Positions 48,476 through 57,825 of a stretch of DNA of 64,000 bases are shown piece by piece. The notes beneath the pieces are model-generated. The model did no database searches. It was not told the DNA's origin and saw nothing but the letters and a program-made list of their open reading frames with translations. The translations under genes and the position numbers were made by a program. The stretch spans positions 139,260 to 203,259 of the forward strand of contig JBCBZT010000008.1 in the NCBI GenBank assembly GCA_039815185.1, given 5' to 3'. The stretch's first letter is position 1; each line of letters starts with the position of its first letter. Source of the DNA: Cyanobacteria bacterium P01_A01_bin.123. GTDB lineage: Bacteria; Cyanobacteriota; Cyanobacteriia; Phormidesmidales; Phormidesmidaceae.

Positions 48476-49174
48476 ATGACAACCGACACCCTGGCGCATC
48501 CGCAAATTGTATCGAAGAAAGCCTGGCTCACTGAGCGCAAAGCGCTGCTGGATGAAGAAAAAGAACTCACCAAACACCTTGACCGGGTGAACGCTAAGCG
48601 GCGGCGACTATCGATGGTCAAAGTAGATCAGGCGTATAGCTTCGAGGGACCCGACGGCAACACGAGTCTGCTTGATCTATTTCAGGGGCACCGTCAACTG
48701 ATCGTTTACCACTTCATGTTTTCCCCTGATTGGGACAAAGGCTGTTCGGGCTGTACAGGTCTCATCAATGCCCTGGGCGACCTGTCAATGTTGACTGAGC
48801 GTGATACAACGCTCGTACTCATTTCACGCGCACCGCTGGCGAAGCTTGAGCAGTACAAAGTACAGCAGGGATGGAACCTACCTTGGGTCTCCTCTTTGAA
48901 CAGCGACTTCAACTACGACTTCCACGTCACCCTAGACGAATCAGTAACACCAGCTCAGTACAACTACCATCCGGTTTCCATTAAAGGAGAAAGACACGGC
49001 ATGAGTGTGTTCTTCCGCCTTGACGACGCGATCTTTCACACCTATTCAACCTACGCGCGCGGCTGTGAAGCACTCACCGATACTTATCGTCTCCTTGATA
49101 TAACGCCCTACGGACGCCAGGAAGACTTTGAGGAATCACCTTCCGGCTGGCCGCAGAAACCGACTTATGGCTAG
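48476..49174 (+). CDS. DUF899 thioredoxin-like protein
   Basis: [52 protein letters not shown]. Confidence 0.92.
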   Translation: MTTDTLAHPQIVSKKAWLTERKALLDEEKELTKHLDRVNAKRRRLSMVKVDQAYSFEGPDGNTSLLDLFQGHRQLIVYHFMFSPDWDKGCSGCTGLINALGDLSMLTERDTTLVLISRAPLAKLEQYKVQQGWNLPWVSSLNSDFNYDFHVTLDESVTPAQYNYHPVSIKGERHGMSVFFRLDDAIFHTYSTYARGCEALTDTYRLLDITPYGRQEDFEESPSGWPQKPTYG

Positions 49175-49242
49175 AGGCAGGGATTTTGGGGAATGAATGG
49201 CGGCAGTGGCCTGTAGTTCAAACCAGAAAATCTCGGCATCGC

Positions 49243-49298
49243 GGGAATCAGGAGCCAGGAATCAGGAGCCAATATCACTCTTGAATTCTGACTCCTGC
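49243..49298. repeat. Short 7-mer tandem repeats with inverted partner
   Basis: GGAATCAGGAGCCAGGAATCAGGAGCCA...TTCTGACTCCTG. Confidence 0.55.
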
Positions 49299-49385
49299 CC
49301 CAGAAATATCTCTCGCTTTGAGTCGGTAACCATTTCCCAAAACAGCCATTCGCGATAGGCATTTAGAAACTTCAGGAGACGAATC

Positions 49386-49745
49386 ATGAAATACATGTTG
49401 CTCGTTTACAGTGACGAAAACGCCTGGACCGAAAGCGAGCAGGCGCGTTGCTATGCAGAGTCGATAGAACTCACCCAAAAACTGAATGCGGACGGTCAAT
49501 ACTTGGGTGCCGCCCCACTCCAAACCGTTTCAATGGCAACCAGTGTGCGGGTGCGCGAGGGAAAACGACTGGTGACTGATGGCCCATTTGCAGAAACTCG
49601 TGAACAATTGGGGGGCTATTTTTTGATTGATGCCCAGGATTTAGATGAGGCGATCGCGATCGCCGGACGCATTCCCGGAGCCCGTAAAGGCACCATCGAA
49701 ATTCGACCGCTGCTGGAACTCTCGGGCTTGCCATCAGAGCAATAG
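49386..49745 (+). CDS. YciI/DGPF-family protein
   Basis: MKYMLL...VTDGPFAETREQLGGYFLI...IEIRP. Confidence 0.93.
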   Translation: MKYMLLVYSDENAWTESEQARCYAESIELTQKLNADGQYLGAAPLQTVSMATSVRVREGKRLVTDGPFAETREQLGGYFLIDAQDLDEAIAIAGRIPGARKGTIEIRPLLELSGLPSEQ

Positions 49746-49864
49746 GAGAATACAGATGCTCAACTTATCTACACAGACAACAGAAGAACACATTGATCTA
49801 CAACCGTAATTCCTCACCTCAGAAAATAAAGGAGTAGAAAAAGTTTATCTTTGAGGAAAAAAAC

Positions 49865-50335
49865 ATGCAGAAAATTACGCCATTTTTGTGGTTTGACAAC
49901 AATGCTGAGGATGCGGCTAATTTCTACACCTCCATTTTCAAGAATTCACAAATTCTCAATATAAGGCGTTATTCAGAGGGTTCACCTGGCCCAGCAGGAA
50001 CCGTAATGACCGTGGAATTTCAGCTTGATGGACAGGATTTCATCGCACTAAATGGTGGCCCTCATTTCACGTTTTCACCCGCAATTTCATTCTTTGTAAA
50101 CTGCAACTCGCAGCAGGAAGTGGATGAATTGTGGAACAGACTCTCTGATGGTGGAGAAACGCAACAATGTGGCTGGCTCAAAGATAAATATGGGATGTCC
50201 TGGCAGATTATTCCCACTCGATTAGGCGAGCTGTTGCACAGTAGTGACGCTGCCAAATCGAAGCGAGTCATGGAAGCCATGCTCACAATGGTCAAGCTTG
50301 ATATTGATGCCTTGGAGCACGCTTACGAGCAGTAG
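49865..50335 (+). CDS. VOC family protein (PhnB/3-dmu-9 MT-like)
   Basis: KITPFLWFD, ALNGGP.F.FSPAISF, CGWLKDKYGMSWQI. Confidence 0.92.
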   Translation: MQKITPFLWFDNNAEDAANFYTSIFKNSQILNIRRYSEGSPGPAGTVMTVEFQLDGQDFIALNGGPHFTFSPAISFFVNCNSQQEVDELWNRLSDGGETQQCGWLKDKYGMSWQIIPTRLGELLHSSDAAKSKRVMEAMLTMVKLDIDALEHAYEQ

Positions 50336-50344
50336 CTCTAAACT

Positions 50345-50400
50345 ACATCCGATTTGAAAATCGGAGTTTTCCTTTAGTCAAAAACTGAGGATCTGGATGA
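50345..50400 (-). repeat. ~56-bp repeat family copy E
   Basis: Reverse complement TCATCCAGATCCTCAGTTTTTG...GGAAAACTCCGATTTTCAAATCGGATGT. Confidence 0.75.
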
Positions 50401-50665
50401 CGCCTTTCGACTGCTCTCTGGCGAATTTGACGTTAACGATTATCGATGTACGCCCACCAGCAATCACAACCTCTTCTGCAAACACTGCGGCATCCGTGCT
50501 TTCGGGTGGGGAGAGGCCCCAGAACTCGATGGCAAGTTTTACGGCGTCAATGTGACCTGCCTCGACGATGTTGACGTCAACGAACTTTTGGGTGCACCGA
50601 TCGCTTACCTTGATGGCCGCAACGATAACTATCAATCACCCCCACTTGAAACCAGGTACCTTTGA
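50399..50665 (+). pseudogene. GFA/CENP-V family gene, C-terminal half only
   Basis: DAFRLLSGE...HNLFCKHCGIRAFG...FYGVNVTCLDDVD...PIAYLDGRNDNY..PP.ETRYL*; in-frame TAG at 50375 and no start codon. Confidence 0.8.
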
Positions 50666-50677
50666 TGCTGAAAACTC

Positions 50678-51064
50678 ATGAGCTTATCCTACAAACCAAC
50701 TGGCTACAACACCGTTTCCCCCTATCTCGTTGTCAACGGTGCAGCAAAGACAATCGAGTTTCTTGTCCAGGTGTTTGGAGCTGTTGAACTGAGACGATTC
50801 CCGAATGATGCTGGAAAGCTGATCCATGCAGAAGTCCGCATCGACGATACGGTATTGATGATTGCTGACAGCGGCGATGGCTGGCCTTCAATGCCTACCC
50901 ATGTACATATCTATGTCAAAGACGTGGATGTGACTTACGCAAATGCTCTCGCAGCCGGAGCTACCTCAGTTCGAACACCTGTCAAAAAAGATGATGCGGA
51001 CAAACGAGGCGGGGTGAAAGACGCTGGCGGCACAACTTGGTGGATTGCCACCAAAGTTGCTTAG
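50678..51064 (+). CDS. VOC/glyoxalase family protein
   Basis: TVSPYLVV.GA, HAEVRIDD, HIYVKDVD, GGVKDAGGTTWWIAT. Confidence 0.9.
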   Translation: MSLSYKPTGYNTVSPYLVVNGAAKTIEFLVQVFGAVELRRFPNDAGKLIHAEVRIDDTVLMIADSGDGWPSMPTHVHIYVKDVDVTYANALAAGATSVRTPVKKDDADKRGGVKDAGGTTWWIATKVA

Positions 51065-51226
51065 CCCCCTCAAGTCTCAGAATTTCTAAAGTGGAGCCTA
51101 CTAGACTTACTTGCGATCGCCAGACAGGTATGGTGAGCACCTGTGTGGCCTATCTATTAGGCAGAGTGGTTTTAGAGGCATAGGAACTGAGACTTGCTAA
51201 CAACTGATGCGCCTTTAAGGCAGTAC

Positions 51227-51258
51227 TTCCTTGGGAGACTGACTAGTCTCCCAAGGAA
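51227..51258. terminator. 14-bp perfect hairpin between convergent genes
   Basis: TTCCTTGGGAGACT-GACT-AGTCTCCCAAGGAA. Confidence 0.6.
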
Positions 51259-51268
51259 TGGCTACGGT

Positions 51269-53641
51269 CTAACCCACAAAATTGACAGCACTGCCGTTTA
51301 GATCGACTTGGTCACCCTGCACGACTGCGACTAAATCTTGAGTTGAGAACCAGAAAAAGTCTTGGGTTTTATACAGGTATGTTGAGCTTCCCCAACTGTA
51401 AGCTCCATAGTCTTCAGCAGAACCATTCAATTGCAGCGTATCTTCTTGACTATTGAAGTCTTTGATCAAGGCGTAGTCAAAGAAAAATCCGCCTGTGTAA
51501 TAGACATCAGATTCATCGCCAAGCACAAAAGTATCAGCTCCACCGCCACCGACGAGGATATCTTTTTCCCAACGACCTTGATCGATCCAACCTGTGCCAT
51601 TCAAGAAGTCAGCGCCCTCACCGCCAGAGAGATAGTCAGAGCCTTCACCGCCGATTAGCTGATCCTGGCCTTCACCACCGGAGAGGAAATCATGACCGCG
51701 ATTCCCATTGAGGTAGTCATCACCCTCTAAACCAATCAAAGTGTCATTTCCCCAACCGCCTCGGAAGACGTCTTGCCCCGCTGTACCTTCAATATAGTCG
51801 CCATAAAAGGTTGCGTTGAAAACTGAGACCGTGAAGGTCGTTTCAATAAAACTTCCGTCAGTATCCGTTGCTCGCAGGGTTAGATCAGTTCTACCATGGG
51901 CACCAGACCCATAGTCTAGGGTCAATGTGCCTGCTGCTTCATCGATTGCGATATCTGCAAACAGAGAATCATCCGTATTGCCGACAAGGGTATAGGTCAA
52001 GTCACTATCTGCATCTTCAGCATCTTCAAATGCGCCAAATAAATCGATAATAGTATTCGGCGCATTATCAGTAACCTTGAAGCTTTCAATTCCACTGGTT
52101 GTGGGATCAGTGTTATCCGCAACTGGGTTAACAGTGACGGTCACGGTAGCGGTTGATTCGCCCTCTTGTCCGTCACTAATAGTGTAGTCAAAGCTCGCTT
52201 CGCCAAAGAAGTCTGCGTCAGGAGTGAAGATAACATTTCCATTTCCATCTAAGCTAGCAGTCCCGTTAACTGCATTGCTGATGCCACTGAGGGTCAGCGT
52301 GTCGTTAACATCTACATCGCCGTCATTGCTGAGCAAATCTGTAATCGCAATCGTGACTGGACTATCTTCATCAGTAACTATGGTGTCATCCACTGCGGTG
52401 GGCGGTGTGTTAGCAGCCATCACGTACTCAAAATAAGTCGCATTGAGATCCAGATCAGTGCCCGTTTGATTTGTCAGGATGGCGACTAATTCTCCGTTGT
52501 ATCGAATCTCTACGTCAGGGCCAGATTGACTCAAACTGTAATCGGTTGCCTCACCATGCAACTGAATAATGTCTTGATTAGAGGAGAAACCGTCGATCTG
52601 AACGTAATCGCTATCGCCGTTTGTAATGTAGTAGGCTTGGACTTCATCGCCCAGGATTAAGCGATCGCTACCACCCCCACCATTCAGGACGTCTACTTCA
52701 CCTGCCCCAGCGGCAGTACTATCGGTTCCACTGAGGGTGTCATTTTGGCCCCCACCGGAAACTTGGTCATTCCCGGCACCGCCGAATACTATGTCAAACC
52801 CAGGGGCTCCGTTAATTACATCGTCGCCAGCACCGCCATTAACTACATCATCATTGATGCCAGCATCGACAATGTCATTGCCATCACCACCGTTGATAGT
52901 GTCATTGCCATCACCACCATTGATAGTGTCATTGCCACCATCACCATTAAGGGTGTCGTCACCACCATCGCCAGATAGGGTATCGCGACCCTCACCACCA
53001 TTTAAGGTGTCGTTACCATCACCCCCTTGGAGCGAATCAAAACCATCTCCGCCATTGAGTACGTCATCTTCTGGGGTGCCAATCAGATCTACACCACTGC
53101 CAACATAGCTGAAGGCTGTTGTATCTAGATCCAGATTGGCAACATCCTGGTTTTCTAACAGGGCAATGAGTTCGGTATTTAAATATAGCTCTACATCGTT
53201 GCCTACCTGGACTAGCGTGTAATCGCTAGGTATGCCCTTAAGTTGAATCACATCCTGCAACGGATTGAAGTCGGTGATGCGGACGAAATCACTATTGCCA
53301 CCAGCCTGATAATAGGCCTGATCGGCATCTCCTAGGATGAAGGTATCGCCACCGCCATTACCAGTCAAAACGTCAACTTCTCCAGCCCCTGCTGCTTCAC
53401 TGCTAGTACCATTGAGAGTATCGCTGCCATTTCCACCGGTCAAAATGTCGTTCCCGGCACCCCCTGTTAGGACATCGTTCCCTGGAGCCCCCAGCAAGTC
53501 ATCATCTCCAGCACCACCGTCAATCACATCACTGCCAAAATTACCATCGATAATGTCGTTCCCATCTCCACCTGAGATGAAGTCTGGATCAGTTGTTCCA
53601 GTCAGAATATCGTCACTATCTGTACCAAAAATATCAGCCAT
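51269..53641 (-). CDS. RTX/hemolysin-type Ca-binding repeat protein with cadherin-like domains
   Basis: Many GGxGxDxLx nonamers; NTPPTAVDD...TDED cadherin-like unit; three GE(V/K)D.L.GG.G.D.F.LGD modules; no Sec signal. Confidence 0.9.
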   Translation of the reverse strand: MADIFGTDSDDILTGTTDPDFISGGDGNDIIDGNFGSDVIDGGAGDDDLLGAPGNDVLTGGAGNDILTGGNGSDTLNGTSSEAAGAGEVDVLTGNGGGDTFILGDADQAYYQAGGNSDFVRITDFNPLQDVIQLKGIPSDYTLVQVGNDVELYLNTELIALLENQDVANLDLDTTAFSYVGSGVDLIGTPEDDVLNGGDGFDSLQGGDGNDTLNGGEGRDTLSGDGGDDTLNGDGGNDTINGGDGNDTINGGDGNDIVDAGINDDVVNGGAGDDVINGAPGFDIVFGGAGNDQVSGGGQNDTLSGTDSTAAGAGEVDVLNGGGGSDRLILGDEVQAYYITNGDSDYVQIDGFSSNQDIIQLHGEATDYSLSQSGPDVEIRYNGELVAILTNQTGTDLDLNATYFEYVMAANTPPTAVDDTIVTDEDSPVTIAITDLLSNDGDVDVNDTLTLSGISNAVNGTASLDGNGNVIFTPDADFFGEASFDYTISDGQEGESTATVTVTVNPVADNTDPTTSGIESFKVTDNAPNTIIDLFGAFEDAEDADSDLTYTLVGNTDDSLFADIAIDEAAGTLTLDYGSGAHGRTDLTLRATDTDGSFIETTFTVSVFNATFYGDYIEGTAGQDVFRGGWGNDTLIGLEGDDYLNGNRGHDFLSGGEGQDQLIGGEGSDYLSGGEGADFLNGTGWIDQGRWEKDILVGGGGADTFVLGDESDVYYTGGFFFDYALIKDFNSQEDTLQLNGSAEDYGAYSWGSSTYLYKTQDFFWFSTQDLVAVVQGDQVDLNGSAVNFVG

Positions 53642-54104
53642 GTTGGTAACCTCACTGTTAGAATCCAAAACTCAAAGCGTGTTTGATACTGTGAATGGTT
53701 GATAAATAAGGGCAATTACGGTCATCTGCTTCAGCCGTGATTCTACTGAGTCTTTATGTTTTTGGACATGCAGATATGACTGCTCCGAGAGAGACGGAAT
53801 CAGTTACCAGTCGCTATAAACCCCTATTTAACTGCCTTTGGGATTACTTTCAAAATTGAATGCCGATAAATTCAGAACCCTGAGGCAAAAAAATACCTCA
53901 ACTTAGATCGTTTTTTTACCGCATCAAAAATAGGAAAGATGATTTTTCACAGCATCAAACTTGAAATACAAGTAAAAATCTATACTTGATAATACTGATC
54001 TCTCAAGCAGTAAACAATACTCTGATTTGAAGCGAAGGTAAAAAATAGCCGTGTTTTTACAGATAAGTTGTGAAGTTTAGGCTCAATCGTGTGGGGAGGC
54101 CCCC

Positions 54105-54430
54105 ATGGAAGCGTTGCTCGATATCTATGCCCAGCCTACAACCCCAGCTATCCGTTGCTCTGTTCTGTATAGATGCAGGCATGTATAACTTCAAAGGGAA
54201 AACTGTACGCCTAGTCTGGCGACCACTGAGCATTGCAAGCGAGTGGACTATGAATATGAGCGAGCAGAGACAGCCACCTCTTTATGTTTACAGAGCTGCT
54301 AGCAGGGTGACATGAGGTGGATGTATGCCAGAACCCCACCAAAGTTGATTGAGCTTTTGAAGTTGTCCGAGTTGTGGAGGGGCGCTAAGCTGCCTGTGAA
54401 CAGGTATAGCCTGTATATGAAATCTCAGTA
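54105..54430 (+). mobile_element. Decayed IS630-family transposase fragment
   Basis: MEALLDIYAQP.../HCKRVDYEYERAETA/LFMFTELLAG*HEV...TKVD*AFEV...GR*A with stops and frameshifts, matching IS630 VDYEYERNGTANLFMF.EPL.GWR. Confidence 0.82.
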
Positions 54431-54607
54431 GTAATTGCTCAACCTAGCCAGCAGCCCTCTGAGTGTCTTTCTTAAGATAGATTTCGTTGCCCAAGAAATA
54501 GTTCATTTGAACTACAATCTGAGTGTCAAGCACCTGAGTAGCCATAATTCTCAATCTGACAGTCAAACTGCAATCCACAGTCAAACTGCAAGTCACAGGA
54601 GAATCCT

Positions 54608-55018
54608 ATGAAATTTAATCCTTATCTATCTTTCAACGGTCAATGCGAGGCTGCGTTTAAGTTCTATGAACAATGTTTGGGGGGTAAAGTTGAAGTGACG
54701 ATGCCCTATGAAGGGTCGCCCATGGCCGATCAGGTATCCCCTGAGTGGGGTAATAAAGTCATGCATTCTGAGTTCAGACTGGGTGAACAAGTTTTCATGG
54801 GATCTGACTGTATGCCTGAGCAGTATGAAAAACCCCAGGGCAACGCTATCATGCTCCAGATTGATGACCCTTCAAAGGCAGAGCATATCTTTCAAGTGCT
54901 TTCAGAAAACGGTACGGTGAACATGCCTATCCAAGAGACCTTCTGGGCAGCACGGTTTGGCGCACTGGTGGATCAATTTGGCATTCCCTGGATGATCAAT
55001 TGCGATAAAACGGCTTAA
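54608..55018 (+). CDS. VOC family protein (PhnB-like)
   Basis: NPYLSFNGQCEAAFKFY, VMHSE, MPIQETFWAARFG.LVDQFGIPWMIN. Confidence 0.92.
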   Translation: MKFNPYLSFNGQCEAAFKFYEQCLGGKVEVTMPYEGSPMADQVSPEWGNKVMHSEFRLGEQVFMGSDCMPEQYEKPQGNAIMLQIDDPSKAEHIFQVLSENGTVNMPIQETFWAARFGALVDQFGIPWMINCDKTA

Positions 55019-55108
55019 GCGGTTTTAGTCAGAAAACTATCCGTGATCTAGTCCACTCAAGTCATAGGGACATAGATTGTGAAACTATATCCATACTTGG
55101 AGGCTGGT

Positions 55109-55606
55109 ATGGCTGACAGGCTCAATATTGTGAATATGGACGAGCTGGAGTGGACGGCAGAGAACTACTCGGAAAACTATACTGGCTGGTCGAAACGCTT
55201 AACGCCTTCAATGAACCGCAAACAAGGCCATATTGGCGTTATGGTCGAACGGCTGAAGCCGAAAACCCTCTCGTGTCCGTTCCACTATCACGTTCATGAA
55301 GACGAATTTTGCCTCATCCTAAAAGGTAAAGCCATGCTGCGTTATGGCGATAAGATCGTCGAGGTTACAAAGGGCGATGCGATTTCCTTCCCACGGGGCG
55401 AGCGTATTGCCCATCAGTTCTATAACCATACGGATGAGATGGTCGATATTTTGATGGTGGGTGAAAATCTGCCCTATGAGGTCTGTTACTACCCCGATTC
55501 AGACAAATGGCTATCACGTTCCATCGGTCAGATTGGCAAATTTGAAAATACCGATTATTGGACTGATGAACCCGATATTCCAGTCATGAAGCACGACCAT
55601 TCATAA
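55109..55606 (+). CDS. Cupin domain protein
   Basis: CPFHYHVHEDEF.LILKG, AHQFYN, VCYYPDSDK; GGAGG RBS. Confidence 0.88.
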   Translation: MADRLNIVNMDELEWTAENYSENYTGWSKRLTPSMNRKQGHIGVMVERLKPKTLSCPFHYHVHEDEFCLILKGKAMLRYGDKIVEVTKGDAISFPRGERIAHQFYNHTDEMVDILMVGENLPYEVCYYPDSDKWLSRSIGQIGKFENTDYWTDEPDIPVMKHDHS

Positions 55607-55646
55607 CCATTTAGTGTCTGTAATTTGCAATGCAGGAGAGGGGAAA

Positions 55647-56183
55647 ATGGAGAGCAATCAGACGCAGCAGGAATTGCCGATGCAGACTGAACCACAAGCC
55701 GAACACCATTGGCTACAAAAGCTTGTGGGTGAGTGGATCTATGAAACAGAAGTTGTGATGGGCCCAGATCAGCCCCTCGAAAAAGCTACAGGGACAGAAA
55801 GCGTGCGTTGGCTCTCCGAGCCGGGCATTAGCCCCTCGCTTGGCGGACTCTGGATTTTAGCTGAAGGCCAAGGCGAAATGTGTGGTACCGTCGCCACAAC
55901 CATGATGACCCTCGGCTATGACCCACAAAAGCAGCGCTATGTCGGTACCTGGATCAGCTCAATGATGGCCTACCTCTGGTTGTATGACGGCGAACTGGAC
56001 GAGGCTAAACGAGTGCTAACGCTCAATTCTAAGGGGCCCGATATGAACGTCGAGGGAAAGATGTCAAATTACAAAGACGTCCTTGAGTTTAAACGCGACG
56101 ATCTTCGCGTCATGACATCATACGCATCGGGCGATGACGGGCAGTGGTACAAGTTCATGACTGCAAACTATCGGCGACAGTAA
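55647..56183 (+). CDS. DUF1579 domain protein
   Basis: EPQAEHHWLQKLVGEW, MTLGYDPQKQRYVGTWISSM. Confidence 0.88.
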   Translation: MESNQTQQELPMQTEPQAEHHWLQKLVGEWIYETEVVMGPDQPLEKATGTESVRWLSEPGISPSLGGLWILAEGQGEMCGTVATTMMTLGYDPQKQRYVGTWISSMMAYLWLYDGELDEAKRVLTLNSKGPDMNVEGKMSNYKDVLEFKRDDLRVMTSYASGDDGQWYKFMTANYRRQ

Positions 56184-56247
56184 TAGCGGCATACCATTAC
56201 AAGAAACAGACACCCGTAGATAGATGTAGATGAATCAGAGGGATGCT

Positions 56248-57333
56248 CTATCGAACCCCAGAAGGTTGGAGACCATTACTTTGAGCGGCATCGGGATCAG
56301 CGACGCCAAACACTTGACTGAATACTTTTTCAACTTTATAGCCTGAATCAATAGACTCTAACGGATCTTTCCGTAACCGATGACGCAAGCATAGGGCGAT
56401 CACCCGACGGATGTCGTCTAGGGTGACTTCAGTGCGATCTTCATAGGCGGCGATCGCTTTGGCCGCTCGATTAGTGACGATATCCCCCCGCAGGCCATCT
56501 ACATCTAGCTCTGAACACACCTGGGAAATCTTGACCCGCAGATCGCGATCCATTGCCACAGCTTTAAGGCGCTGCTGGGCACTGACCAACCGTTGCTGCA
56601 GTTCACTTTGTTGAGGCGCGTGCTTTTCAAGATAGACGTTGGGATCGCGGTCAAACTCAGAGCGCTCTTCAACGATTTGTACTCGCAGTTCTGGCTCTTT
56701 GACGGTACGAATTTCAGCATGCATGCCAAAGCGATCAAGCAATTGCGGTCGCAGCTCTCCTTCTTCTGGGTTGCCGGAACCCACGAGTACAAACTGAGCC
56801 GAGTGACGGACTGAAATGCCTTCGCGTTCGACGGTGTTTCGACCTGAAGCAGCGGAGTCCAGCAGAACGTCGACTAGGTGATCGTCAAGCAGGTTCACTT
56901 CATCTACATATAGAATGCCTCGATTGGCTTTGGCCAACAACCCTGGTTCAAAGGCTTTCACACCTTCAGAGAGCGCTTTCTCAATATCAATCGTGCCGCA
57001 TACCCGGTCTTCCGTAGCGCCCAAGGGCAGATCGACCATGGGTACTTTCTTTTTAGCGGGTTGAATCTCTGCGGGCGATCGCTCATTGAGGATTTCTGGA
57101 TCATCAGGAGCTCGGTTGAACGGATCGTCGGCAACGACATCAATTTCGGGAAGCAAATCGGCTAGGGCACGAATCGTTGTGGATTTGCCCGTACCGCGAT
57201 CGCCCATAATCATGACTCCGCCGATTTTGGGATCAATCACATTCAGCAGCAAGGCCAACTTCATATCTTCCTGACCAATTACTGCTGTAAATGGGAAGAC
57301 AGCGCGACGAGGCGCAACAACGGATGAACTCAC
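56248..57333 (-). CDS. chlI: Magnesium chelatase ATPase subunit I
   Basis: [56 protein letters not shown] start inferred. Confidence 0.97.
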   Translation of the reverse strand: MSSSVVAPRRAVFPFTAVIGQEDMKLALLLNVIDPKIGGVMIMGDRGTGKSTTIRALADLLPEIDVVADDPFNRAPDDPEILNERSPAEIQPAKKKVPMVDLPLGATEDRVCGTIDIEKALSEGVKAFEPGLLAKANRGILYVDEVNLLDDHLVDVLLDSAASGRNTVEREGISVRHSAQFVLVGSGNPEEGELRPQLLDRFGMHAEIRTVKEPELRVQIVEERSEFDRDPNVYLEKHAPQQSELQQRLVSAQQRLKAVAMDRDLRVKISQVCSELDVDGLRGDIVTNRAAKAIAAYEDRTEVTLDDIRRVIALCLRHRLRKDPLESIDSGYKVEKVFSQVFGVADPDAAQSNGLQPSGVR

Positions 57334-57372
57334 AGGCGTTTCTCTTGTCTTTAGCACATTTAAACAGCTTAC

Positions 57373-57448
57373 ACATCCAGATTCATGATTTTCCTGGTAG
57401 TAGGGGCGCTGGGGCCTTCACCCTACTCAAGTTTTTCAAATCGGATGT
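57373..57448 (+). repeat. ~56-bp repeat family copy F with nested GTAG-type REP hairpin
   Basis: ACATCCAGATTC...[AGTAGGGGCGCTGGGGCCTTCACCCTACT]...TTTTCAAATCGGATGT. Confidence 0.7.
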
Positions 57449-57552
57449 GGTTTATTGACTGTTTTCCATTGTGCCATAGCCACCCCATTCCCAAATCATT
57501 TCCGCAGGATTCATGGGATACGTTTTTCTGAGACGGTAGGGGCAGAGATGTG

Positions 57553-57825
57553 TCAGAGCGATAGAAGCTGATCTAAGGCATCGAGGGCTTCACATTGGGG
57601 TGGGTTGGTATGGGTGACCCGATGGCCCGGACGCGCCACGGGAATACCCGGAAGTGGGGCATGGGTGATGGGTTGAAACTGTTCTCGGCCATAGCGATAC
57701 TCTTCGCAGTAGCGGCGAAACACAGCTTCAACTGCTGCACGAGCATTCTTTAAGCCCCATTCTGCAGCGATCAGTTCTGCTTTTTCCAGCACATCTCGGC
57801 TGAGTCTTACTTTGTTGTCATGCAT
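57553..57825 (-). CDS. Small ParR-like partner protein (putative ribbon-helix-helix)
   Basis: Overlaps the ParM-like stop by 19 nt; KVRLS strand plus two helices, Pro-rich linker, C-terminal amphipathic EALDALDQLLSL. Confidence 0.65.
   Translation of the reverse strand: MHDNKVRLSRDVLEKAELIAAEWGLKNARAAVEAVFRRYCEEYRYGREQFQPITHAPLPGIPVARPGHRVTHTNPPQCEALDALDQLLSL

Noticed and set aside
50378..50635. 85-aa minus-strand ORF
   Set aside because: Antisense to the GFA pseudogene, which carries the recognisable motifs.
52224..53702. Plus-strand Ser/Pro-rich ORFs (SPPLIVSLP repeats)
   Set aside because: Antisense shadows of the RTX GGxGxD repeats.
54070..54315. 81-aa plus-strand ORF
   Set aside because: Out-of-frame read-through of the decayed IS630 fragment.
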